From NCBI GenBank assembly GCA_038087875.1, contig CM075987.1, positions 25,546,001-25,610,000 of the forward strand: a DNA stretch of 64,000 bases, in the 5' to 3' direction. Position 1 is the first letter of the stretch, and the number at the start of each line of letters is the position of its first letter. Position numbers and translations under genes: made by a program. Below the pieces are notes generated by a model that saw nothing but the letters and a program-made list of their open reading frames with translations, was not told the origin of the DNA and made no database searches. This DNA is from Malacoraja senta (taxonomy: Eukaryota). Below, one piece after another: positions 35,871-64,000 of this stretch.

Positions 35871-36460
35871 GGCGGCACGGCGGTAGAGTTGCTGCCTTAC
35901 AGCGCCGGAGACCTGGGTTCGATCCCGACCACGGGTGCTGTGTGTACCGAGTTTGTACGTTCTCCCCGTGACCGAGTGGGTTTTCTCCGAGATCTTCGGT
36001 TTCCTCCCACACTCCAAAGACCTAAACATTTGCCGCTTACTTGGCTTGGTAGGAATGCAAATTGTCTCTAGTGTGTGTAGGATAGTGTTAGTGTGCGGGG
36101 ATCGCTGGTCGGTGTGGACTCGGTGGGTCTAATGTATCTCTAAACTAAATCCATAAAGACTCAGTTTTTAGTTTTACACATACAGTGTGGAAACAAGCTC
36201 TTCGGCCTGCCGAGTCTGCGCCGACCAGCGATCACCAAACACTAGCTTTATCCTACACATTTGGGACAATTTACAGAAGCCAATTAACCTACAAACCTGG
36301 ACGTCCTTGGAATGCATTAGGAAACCGGATTACCCGGAGAAAACCCACACGGTGACAGAGAGAACGTGCAAACTCCATACAGACAGCACCGGTAGACAGG
36401 ATTGAACCCGGGTCTCTGGTGCTGTAAGGCAGCAACTCTACCGCTGCGCCACAGTGCCGT
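35871..36460. mobile_element. Tail-to-tail pair of V-SINEs (duplicate at ~53880-54470)
   Basis: Plus copy 35871-36150 and minus copy 36164-36460. Confidence 0.8.
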
Positions 36461-37199
36461 CACTTGAATTACCTTCAGTAGTTTCAGTATTAGAAGTAAA
36501 TGGGAGTAATTTATTCCAAAGATAGACACAAAATGCCAGAGTAACTCAGCGGGACAGACAGCAGCTCTGAGGAATAGGAATGGGTGACGTTTTGGGTTAA
36601 GAAGGTTCTCGACCCAAAACGTCATCCCCCATTCCTTCTCTCCAGAGATGCTGCCTGTCCCGCTGAGTTACTCCAGCACTTTGTGTCTCTCTTCGGTTTT
36701 AACCAGCATCTGCAGTTCCTTACTACACAGTAAGTTATTATTCCAGTTGAGTATTAACTCGGCGAAATGGAACTTGCAGCCTCAATGAAAGACAAACAAA
36801 ATTGGTGATTAATCTTTTGTTCTTCAGAAGATGAAAACGTCTAGAAAATGTCATCAATTACTGATGGTCAGGGCAATGAATGTAAAACAACCTTTCTCTT
36901 TACATCTTATATTGATTTTAAGCTGATGAGCAAATGTTTTGGATTCAAGTCAGATTTGAACATGCAAGGGTATTACTCAATGATGTGTTACATTTATTGT
37001 ATTACCGCTGACTGGACAGCAGGCGACAGAAGCTTTTCACCTCGGTACAAGTGACAATAAACTAAACTGAATTCTCCCACAATCCACACCGGGAAAGTGA
37101 CTTTACTTTGAAGTTCAAAAAAGGTTCAAGAATTATTATTTTTTTAGCTTTTAAAGATACCGTGCAGGTACTGGCCATTCGGCCCACTGAGACCTGCGA

Positions 37200-37730
37200 T
37201 CATAGAAACATAGAAACATAGAAAATAGGTGCAGGAGTAGGCCATTCGGCCCTTCGAGCCTGCACCGCCATTCAATATGATCGTGGCTGATCATCCAACT
37301 CAGTATCCCGTACCGGCCTTCTCTCCATACCCCCTGATCCCCTTAGCCACAAGGGCCACATCTAACTCCCTCTTAAATATAGCCAATGAACTGGCCTCAA
37401 CTACCCTCTGTGGCAGAGAGTTCCAGAGATTCACCACTCTCTGTGTGAAAACGTTTTTCCTCATCTCGGTCTTAAAGGATTTCCCCCTTATCCTTAAGCT
37501 GTGACCCCTTGTCCTGGACTTCCCCAACATCGGGAACAATCTTCCTGCATCTAGCCTGTCCAACCCCATAAGAATTTTGTACGTTTCTATAAGATCCCCT
37601 CTCAATCTCCTAAATTCTAGCGAGTATAAGCCAAGTCTATCCAGTCTTTCTTCATATGAAAGTCCTGACATCCCAGGAATCAGTCTGGTGAACCTTCTCT
37701 GCACTCCCTCTATGGCTATAATGTCCTTCC
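37200..37730 (-). mobile_element. CR1-clade LINE 3' fragment, well preserved (duplicate at ~55211-55741)
   Basis: KDIIAIEGVQRRFTRLIPGMSGLSYEERLDRLGLYSLEFRRLRGDLIETYKIL; (catagaaa)n tail on the + strand. Confidence 0.9.
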
Positions 37731-38414
37731 AGCACACTAACACTATCCTACACCCACCTGGGACAATTTCCAATTTTTACCGAGCCCAATCCTTGATCCT
37801 GACTGCGGGTGTTGTCCGTGTGGAGTTTGTACATTCACCCTGTGAGTTTCCTCCAGGCGCTCCGGTTTTCTCCCACACTCCAAAGACATTCAGATTTGTA
37901 GGTTAATTGGCTTGGTAAAATTGTAACTTGTCCCTCATGTGTGTAGGATACTGCTTGTGTACGGGGATCGCTGGCAGGCACGGACTCGGTGACCTGCTTC
38001 TGCGCTGTATCTCTAAACTAAACTAAATTATCAATTTTCCGTTATTCTGTACATTGAAGGCAGAGAGAGAAAGATTGATGGATAACAATAAAATTAATAT
38101 GTTATGGGATCTGGACAAATGTTCCACCAGTATTGCAGCACAATTGGGAGTTATTTATGGAAGGTAAAACTTTATGTTGAATCACTTCTATCGCCATAGA
38201 TGTAAAATATTCGAAGCATGAATGAAGATACAAAGCATGATTGAAGATATAATCCAACAGTCTCACCTTCTCAAGTACAAGTCCAAGTACATTTTAATTC
38301 CAACGTGTGTTTCATCCCAACCTTGTTGCTCAGGCACTGGATTCCACATTCCTGCCGCCCTCTAGATTTCTCATCTCTCCTTTAATTCTTCATTCAATTA
38401 GACTTTAGCCATTA

Positions 38415-38696
38415 GAAATACAGCACGGAAACAGTTCCGTCAGCTCACCGGGTCTGCAACGAACAGCGATCACTTCGTACACCAGCACTATCCTACACGC
38501 AAGGGACAATTTACAGAAGACAATTAACCCGCAAACCTGCACGTCTTTGGAGTGTGGGAGGAAACCAGAGAACTCACGGAAATCCCACGCCGGTCACGGG
38601 GAGAACGAACAAACTCTGTACAGACATCACCCGTAGTCGAGATTGAACCCAAGTCTCTGGCGCTGTGAGGCAGCAACTCTACTGCTGCACCACTGT
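38415..38696 (-). mobile_element. HE1-type V-SINE (duplicate at ~56426-56707)
   Basis: Reverse complement of the consensus. Confidence 0.8.
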
Positions 38697-40824
38697 CAAG
38701 TTCTTAGTTGAGATCTAGTGACCTTGGGGTTTGACCTCTGCTAAAGGGAAATGGGTCCCTTCTGCTGCCCTTCATAATTTTATACACACTAGTTAAACAC
38801 GAGAGGATACAACTATCCTCATGGTGACAATTCTCCACTGGGGTTGTTTGGGGTTATGGGCGAGGCTTCATTGGAGATCTCGGAACGCTTTGATCAGACC
38901 TCGATAGTATATCTTGCACTAAACGTTGTGCACTTTAAGCATTATAGCATCATAGTCATACAGCATGAAAACAGGCCCTTCGTCCCAACTTGCCCATACT
39001 GGCCAACATGTCCCAGCTACACGAGTCCCACCTGCCTGCATTTGGCCCACATCCCTCCAAACCTGTCCTATCCATGTACCTGTCTAACTGTCTCTTAAAC
39101 GTTGCGGTAGTCCCATGCCACATCTACCTCCTCCGGCAGCTGTGCACTGGCATCTTGTTACCTGTGCATTGTGGACACCTCAATTGTATTTCACGTAGAG
39201 TCTTTTCTTCGACTGGACAGCACGTAAACAAGCGTTTCACTGTAGCTCAGTTAAAACTAAACTAAACATGCAAGCACAATCCTGCTCCATCTTCGCATTT
39301 TTCACACAACGGGTGGTGGGTGCGTGAATGATCTGCCGGAGGAGGTAGTGGGAGGCTGGGACTATCGCAACGTTTGACAAATGTAGATAGGTTTATGGAT
39401 AGGGCAGGTTTAGAAGGATATGGGGCAAACGCAGGCAGGTGGGACCAGTGTAGATGGGACATGTTGGTCGTCGTGGGCAAGTCGGGCCGAAGAGCTGTTT
39501 CCATGCTATATCTCTCTATGATCATCAGCCATGGTCACAATGAATGGCAGTGCTGGCTCGAAGAGCCGGATGGACTACTCCTGCACCTATTGTCAATGAC
39601 TATCTCAGTATTTCTGACAATTTGCACCTTTCTATTAAAAAATGATGGTGATGAGCCTACTAAAAATTGCTGAAATAATCTGATTGTATTCCATTAATGC
39701 AAGTGTAACAAAGATAATAAGCAAGGCCATGTCAGCAAATAAAAATACTTAATTTGTAAAATGTGCTTATCTCTGTTTAAATTGCTCAGCTGAGATTAAA
39801 ACAAAGTCATTTTAAATGATGCTATGGATGGGTGGAAATGGTATATAATGGGCAGTGCTGTGGATTAAATTGTTGCATTGGGATTCACTGAATGTGTTCA
39901 ATACAACTTCACCCACAGCTAGCTGTGTGGAAAGGCTCATTTGGAACAGGTCATGTTACGGTTTCAATTAGACGAGTAAAAAAAAAACTCAAACACTTTC
40001 AAGGATAGAGTGGGTGGAAAAAGTTGCCCAGTCAGCAGATTGTCCCCTTCAGAATGGCGGAGAAAGATTTACATCAAGACGCTCGTTCCAATTGAAACGC
40101 CAGAGCCAATTCTCAGGGAGCGCTGCTTGCAAAACGAGCGAGGAAAAGCACGAGTGACTTGTGACAAAGAGACAAAGCACACAGGCACCACCCCATGGCT
40201 TGGACAACAAGCAGGGAAACGATTGGAACAGCCTTCAAATAATTCACGGAATTCTCTAAAGCAGAGCATTGCGGCATAAAGAAGGCATTGGAAGATACAA
40301 GTTCATAAGTGATAGGAGCAGAATTGCACCATTCAGCCCATCAAGTCTACTCTGCCATTCAATCAATCATCAATGATCTACCTCTCCCTCCTAATCCCAT
40401 TCTCCTGCCTTCTCCCTGCACCCCCTGACACCCGTATATATGCGTCTTCTTCTCATAAACTCATTTAGTTCAAAGATAGCAAGGCAATTAGCTATGATAT
40501 TGTCAGCAGTTTGCTTGAATAGGATCAGAGGCCACAGCCCTCAGAATAAAAGGACTTACCTTTAGGGAAGGAGATGAGGAGGAATTTCTTTAGTCAGAGG
40601 GTGGTGAATCTGTGGAATTTATTTGCCACAGAAGGCTGTGGAGGCTAAGTCAGTGGATATTTTTAAGGCAGAGATAGATTCTTGATTAGTACAGGCGACT
40701 GGAAAACCAATTAGGATGCACTAAAGGGTATATAGTAGCACTATTAACTCTACCTATTGTCATTCTCCATTAAAAGTTGATTTGTCCATACTGCACAAGA
40801 GAGGGGAAATTAACAAGGACATAG

Positions 40825-40930
40825 TTTCATCAAGAACCAGAGGATGTGGTTTAATCAAGAACCAGGTGACATGGGTTTAATCAAGAACTAGAGGACATGG
40901 TTTAATCAAGAACAAGGTGACATTGATTTA
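40825..40930 (+). repeat. ~25-bp tandem repeat derived from CR1 ORF2 sequence (4 units; 6 units at 59043-59200)
   Basis: Units ttt(a/c)atcaagaac(c/t)ag(a/g)(g/t)gacatgg run into CR1 ggggaaagatttaata. Confidence 0.75.
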
Positions 40931-41671
40931 GGCGAAGTGGGGAAAGATTTAATACAAGCTTAAGGGGCAACTTCAAAGGGTAGTAAGTATATGGATTGAA
41001 GCTGCCGGAGGAGTAGTTAGAGTCATACAACGTGTAAACCAGCCCTTCGGCCCAACTTGTCCACTTTGACCAAACATGCCTCATCTGCATTGGTCCCACC
41101 TGCTCGCTGTTGGCCCATAACCCTCTGAACCTGCCCTATCAATGTGCCTGTCCAAATGTATCTTCAATGTTGTGAGCAGGTACAATGAAAACAACTTCAA
41201 AAGTATTTCTAGGAAGCCCCAAGGCTGATCGAGACTCTGGTGTAGTTGGTGCAAAGTTGTTTAGTTCTTTAGAGATCTGCAGTTTCCTCCCGCACTCCAA
41301 AGAGGCACAGCTTTGTTTGTAGGTTCTTTGGCTTGGTATAAATGCAAATTGGTGTGTGTAGGATAGTGTTAGTGTGCAGGGATCGCTGGTCGGAGCGGAC
41401 TCGGTTCTGCGTTTTATCTCTAGACTAAACTAAACTAAACAGTGCTCAACGTTGGGCTGTTCGGAGGTGAAATTCTCAACGGCAAGGCAGCAGGCATGAT
41501 CAAGCATGTCACACCCCGGCCACTCCCTCTTCTCCCCTCTCCCATCAGGCAAAAGTTACAGAAGTGTGAAAACGCACACCTCCAGATTCATGGACAGTTT
41601 CTTCCCCAGCTGTTATCAGGCAACTGAACCACCCTATCACCAACCAGAGAGCAGACCTGAGCTACTATCTT

Positions 41672-42132
41672 TAATCTGAATTTTCTGGCTTCATCCAGAA
41701 CACACAGTAGACACACAGTACCAATGCACACCAGGTGTATATCCGACACCTTCCTTTAATCCAGTCAAAAATTCCTGAGCGCACTTGAAATTTCCCCCCC
41801 CCGGAAGTTCCCCCGAAAATGTGGCGCCTAGGCCAGGCCAGGTCGATCTCAACCTCATTGGGCCTTCCGCGGCCGATCGGCGGGGGGAATTTGCCCCCCC
41901 GCGGCCAGGGCTCTGGAACTCCGGCCCGGTCAGAGCCGGCAGATCCGTTCCCACAGCCGACCTCCGAGGCCAAATCCGTGGGCCGGTATCTCGGCTCCTC
42001 AGAGGCCTAGGTGGAACGTTCTGGTACACGTTGGACTCCTCTCGGAGGCCGTGACCTCAGTTGGTCCGGCAAAACGGACAATCCTGCAAAATATCTGGAA
42101 CCAAGGGTGCCGGAAAATCGGTGGTGGACCTG
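41672..42132. mobile_element. Tc1/mariner (Tigger/pogo-like) MITE remnant (duplicate at ~59941-60399)
   Basis: Right end ccggaaaatcggtggtggacctg followed by TA resembles Tigger-type TIRs; GC-rich interior; left TIR not found. Confidence 0.45.
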
Positions 42133-42486
42133 TAACTATAGAAGCAAGCAACATCAAATCAGTCGAAGACGTGTGGTTCCGAATGAAATAACATTGGTAC
42201 CAAGTCAAGTCTATTTGTCACATACACATATAAGATGTCCAGTGAAATGAAAGTGGCAATGCCTGCGGATTGTGCAAAAAAACTACAGAACAGAATAGAA
42301 CAGAATCTGTATTTACCTTTTTAAAATTAAAAAATTTTTTAAAAAAAAGAAGAAAAAAAGACCATTGTAAGGTTATGCCTGTATTTTAAATGAGAAACCT
42401 GTAATTGGAAATCTTTCCAAACCTCTCTGCTCTTCAAAGGTCTCCGCTGTTCAATATCAGTGGAATGCTCTCTCTTATGGGCTCGG

Positions 42487-42686
42487 NNNNNNNNNNNNNN
42501 NNNNNNNNNNNNNNNNNNNNNNNNNNNNNNNNNNNNNNNNNNNNNNNNNNNNNNNNNNNNNNNNNNNNNNNNNNNNNNNNNNNNNNNNNNNNNNNNNNNN
42601 NNNNNNNNNNNNNNNNNNNNNNNNNNNNNNNNNNNNNNNNNNNNNNNNNNNNNNNNNNNNNNNNNNNNNNNNNNNNNNNNNNNNNN
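42487..42686. other. Assembly gap (200 N)
   Basis: Run of exactly 200 n. Confidence 1.
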
Positions 42687-60752
<18,066 letters not shown>

Positions 60753-61156
60753 CCCTCTCCACTTAATCTGCAAGGGAAAGCTTGTGCAAAGTTTGCCTCT
60801 GCCACTGAAAGACAAATCCAGCAAAACTCCAGAGTTTCTATTAAACCTTCAGTTTTACATAAATTACAGATTGCAGGCCAGAATCCCCTGCCTGCAGTTC
60901 AGAAGCCATCACTCACCACACAATCAATTAGCGCTGTCTGTATTTATCCTTACAGCACTCTGTCTTGTACCAAACCATACATGAATGGTACTAATCAGCA
61001 TTGCACTAAGTGCTTAATCTTAGAGCTGATCGAACAGGCATGCAGGCTTGAGGGAGAGGGGGGAATTGAAATGCTCCATACCTTGCGTTTGTTTTTATCC
61101 CCAGCACAGATTTCCAGTGCCATCCGAAGTTTCAAGTCAATCAATTGCATGAAATT

Positions 61157-61565
61157 GCACGGTGGCGCAGCGGTAGAGTTGCTGCCTCACAGCGCCGGGG
61201 ACCCGGGTTCGATCCCAACTACGGAGTTTGTACGTTCTCCCCGTGACCGTGTGGGTTTTCTCCGAGGTCTCCGGTTTTCTCCCACACTCCAAAGCCGTAC
61301 ATGTTTCTAGTTTAATTGGCTTGGTGTAAGTGTAAATTATCCCCAGTGTTAGTGTGCGGGCATCGCTGGTCGGCGCGGGCTCGGTGGGCCGAAAGGCCTG
61401 TTTCCGCGCTGTATCTCTAAACTAAAGTGAAACTAAACGTACAGGTGTGTAGGTTGATCGGCTTGGTGTAAGTGTAAATTGTCCCCAGTGTTAATGTGCG
61501 GGCATCGCTGGTCGGCACGGACTCGGTGGGCCGAAGGGCCTGTTTCCGTGCCGTATCCCTTAAAC
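61157..61565 (+). mobile_element. V-SINE with tandemly duplicated 3' half
   Basis: Full SINE 61157-61437 followed by a second cgtacaggt...cctgtttccgtgccgtatc. Confidence 0.8.
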
Positions 61566-61949
61566 AAATATATAACTATGAATGTTTTTAGCTATTTCAG
61601 TTGCGGGCAGCCTGAGGGAATGAGACGGCTGCTAAATTAAATTTGGAAGCAAGATCGTGCTCAGAGAGAGCTCCTAAATGATGAGGAACATGAATCAAAG
61701 TAAGTTCCATGGACACTCAACAATATCTACACATCCGAACAATAATTGAACAGCACAACAATAACACAACACTAAATGTGTCAGGATTTCACTGTGCATT
61801 GATTGATGACAGTAATTAATTCGAGCATATTTCAGTAAATGGAGGAAAAGCTGTATAATTAATTAGTTTATTAATGCCAACATTAAATGGAGAGAGAGGT
61901 TGATGTGGTTAAACTAAAAAACAAATATATGCTGTGAATTTATCTCTGC

Positions 61950-62140
61950 GTGTGCAGGAAGGAACTGCAGATGCTGGTTTACACCGAAGATAAACACAAA
62001 ATGCTGGAGTAACCCAGCGGGACAGTCAGCATCTCTGGAGAGAAGGAATGGGTGAAGAAGGGTCTTGACCCGAAACGTCACCCATTCCTTCTCCCCAGAC
62101 ATGCTGTCTGTCCCGCTGGGTTACTCCAGCATTTTGTGTG
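61950..62140. mobile_element. Fold-back PLE terminal repeats
   Basis: atgctggagtaacccagcgggacag / ctgtcccgctgggttactccagcat inverted arms; gaagaagggtcttgacccgaaacgtca at the centre. Confidence 0.75.
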
Positions 62141-62539
62141 TGTCTCCTATTTATTACTGCAGTTCCACATCTCGGGAGAATGCAGCCATTGCGTTACATT
62201 GGTGTTGTGTAGGTACAAATAGTTGAATACTGACCAGATTCAAATTTCTAATGCAGTGAAACTCCAATAATTTAGTTTAGTTTAGTTCAGCTTAGAGATA
62301 CAGTGTGGAAGCAGGCCCTACGCCGACCAACATGCCCCATCTACACCAGACCCACCTACCTGTGTTTGGCCCATGTTTCTCCAAACCTGTCCTATCCACG
62401 TACCTCTCTAAATGTTTCTTAAATGTTACCTCAACTACCTCCTCCAGCATCTGTGCACTGGCAGTTCTTCATCTGTGCGCTGCGGTCAAGGTAGTAAACA
62501 CAAGGAACTGCATATGTTGGTTGACATGGTTGGTTGAAA

Positions 62540-62962
62540 ACACTGCCCAGTCCATCATTGGCTCTGACCTCCCTACCAGCGAGGGGATCTATCGCAGTCG
62601 CTGCCTCAAAAAGGCTGGCAGCATCATCAAGGACCCACACCATCCTGGCCACACACTCATCTCCCCGCTACCTTCAGGTAGAAGGCACAGGAGCCTGAAA
62701 TCCAGGTTCAGGAATAGCTACTTCCCCACAGCCATCAGACTATTAAACTCAACTCAAACTAAACTCTGAACATTAATAGCCTATTGCACTTTATCTGCTT
62801 ATTTATGTGTGTGTGTGTGTATATATATTCTATGGTATATGGACACACTGAAATGTTCTGTATTCATGCCTACTATATTCTGTTGTGCTGAATCAAAGCA
62901 AGAATTTCATTGTCCTATCTGGGACACATGACAATAAACTCTCTTGAATCTTGAATCTTGAA
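62540..62962 (+). mobile_element. Rex1/Babar LINE 3' fragment
   Basis: TAQSIIGSDLPTSEGIYRSRCLKKAGSIIKDPHHPGHTLISPLPSGRRHRSL; (ttgaatc)n tail. Confidence 0.85.
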
Positions 62963-63319
62963 CATTAAAAAAAAGACATAACGTGTTGGAGTAACTCAAG
63001 GGGTCAGGCAGCATCTCCGGAGAACATGGATAGGTAATGTTTCGGGTCATGACCCTTCTGCAGAAATGGTTGAAGGAGGGTCCCAACATGAAACGTCACC
63101 TATCAATGTTTTCCAGAGATGCTGAAGACAGACACAAAAAGCTGGGGTAACTCAACAGGACAGGCAACATCTCTGGAGAGAAGGAATGGGTGACGTTTCA
63201 GGTCAAGACCCTTCTTCAGCTGTCTGACCCACTGAGTTTCTCCAACAGTTTGCGTATTTCAATAGAAGCCTGAAGGCTTTGAAATTGGACGTATAATAAG
63301 TTTGCAATCTTTATAAGTT

Positions 63320-63658
63320 CAAAGTGATAGGAGTAGGTTTAGGCCATTCAGCCCATCGTCTACTCCACCATTCAATCATGGCTGATCCATCTCTCCCTCC
63401 TAACCCCATTCTCCTGCCTTCTCCCCATTACCTCTGACACCTGTACTAATCAAGAATCTAGCTATCTCTGCCTTAAAGATATCCATTGACTTGGCCTCCA
63501 CATGAATTCCACAGATTCCCCACTCTCTGACTAAAGAGATTCCTCCTCATCTCCTTCCTAAAGGAACGTCCTTTAATTCTGAGGATATTGCCCTTGGTCC
63601 TTGATTCTCCCACTAGTGGAAACATTTTCCCCACATCCACTCTATCCTGGCCTTGCAC
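63320..63658 (-). mobile_element. CR1-clade LINE 3' fragment
   Basis: ORF 63473..63658: DRVDVGKMFPLVGESRTKGNILRIKGRSFRKEMRRNLFSQRVGNLWNS. Confidence 0.85.
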
Positions 63659-64000
63659 TATTTATATTTGAATTATCTCAGCACTGTACAATATGATGGA
63701 TGCATCCAAGTATAACTATGATGCATAACAAAATGAGAACATTGAACATTCCAAGGAGAGATGCAATTCCAGCAGGAAATCAAGAGCTTCACCTTTGGAA
63801 CGCCACTATTAATAAGATTTTGGTTTATCGGAAAAAAGATTGATATAAGAGGAATACATTTCCTCCTTCTCTTTAATACTCAGGATAAGGTCATTGGCAA
63901 AAGTTAAAATGATTCACATGGTAAAGTCAAATTTTCTAAACATTCCCCTCCAGCATAATATTTCACAAAGCCATGATTAAAAGGAAGCCTTTCTCCCATT

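Larger units (their letters stand above)
24666..42486 (+). repeat. ~18-kb duplicated block, copy 1 (ends at the gap)
   Basis: Collinear with 42687-60752; the ORF track repeats at an offset of ~18009-18011. Confidence 0.95.

Noticed and set aside
41671..42250. CpG-island promoter with overlapping ORFs (similarly 28400-29000 and 33700-34100)
   Set aside because: GC/CpG richness is confined to transposon interiors, bounded by TIRs and TSDs for the hATs and by one TIR-like end here.

Overview
Eukaryotic, repeat-dense non-coding DNA (intronic or intergenic). The repeat families point to a cartilaginous fish, probably a skate or ray (inference). No intact host gene is recognisable; almost all ORFs in the track are transposon fragments or chance frames. 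The window holds many HE1-type tRNA-derived V-SINEs, 3' fragments of CR1 and Rex1/Babar LINEs, and Penelope-like element (PLE) remnants (an RT YIDD fragment and a GIY-YIG C-terminus). It also holds three PIF/Harbinger MITEs, three hAT elements with 8-bp TSDs, a solo LTR, a Tigger-like end and a 39-bp minisatellite. An ~18-kb block (24666-42486) recurs at 42687-60752 across a 200-N gap, most likely an uncollapsed haplotype overlap. The most interesting biology is a dense family of short, often fold-back, PLE terminal-repeat elements carrying a minimal hammerhead-ribozyme motif (CTGAAGA-A-GGGT-NTCG-RCCC-GAAACGTY). Several are free-standing 80-360 bp insertions with their own TSDs, and one is present in only one of the two duplicated copies, which suggests recent mobility. 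Repeat boundaries were read by eye and are approximate unless a TSD is quoted.
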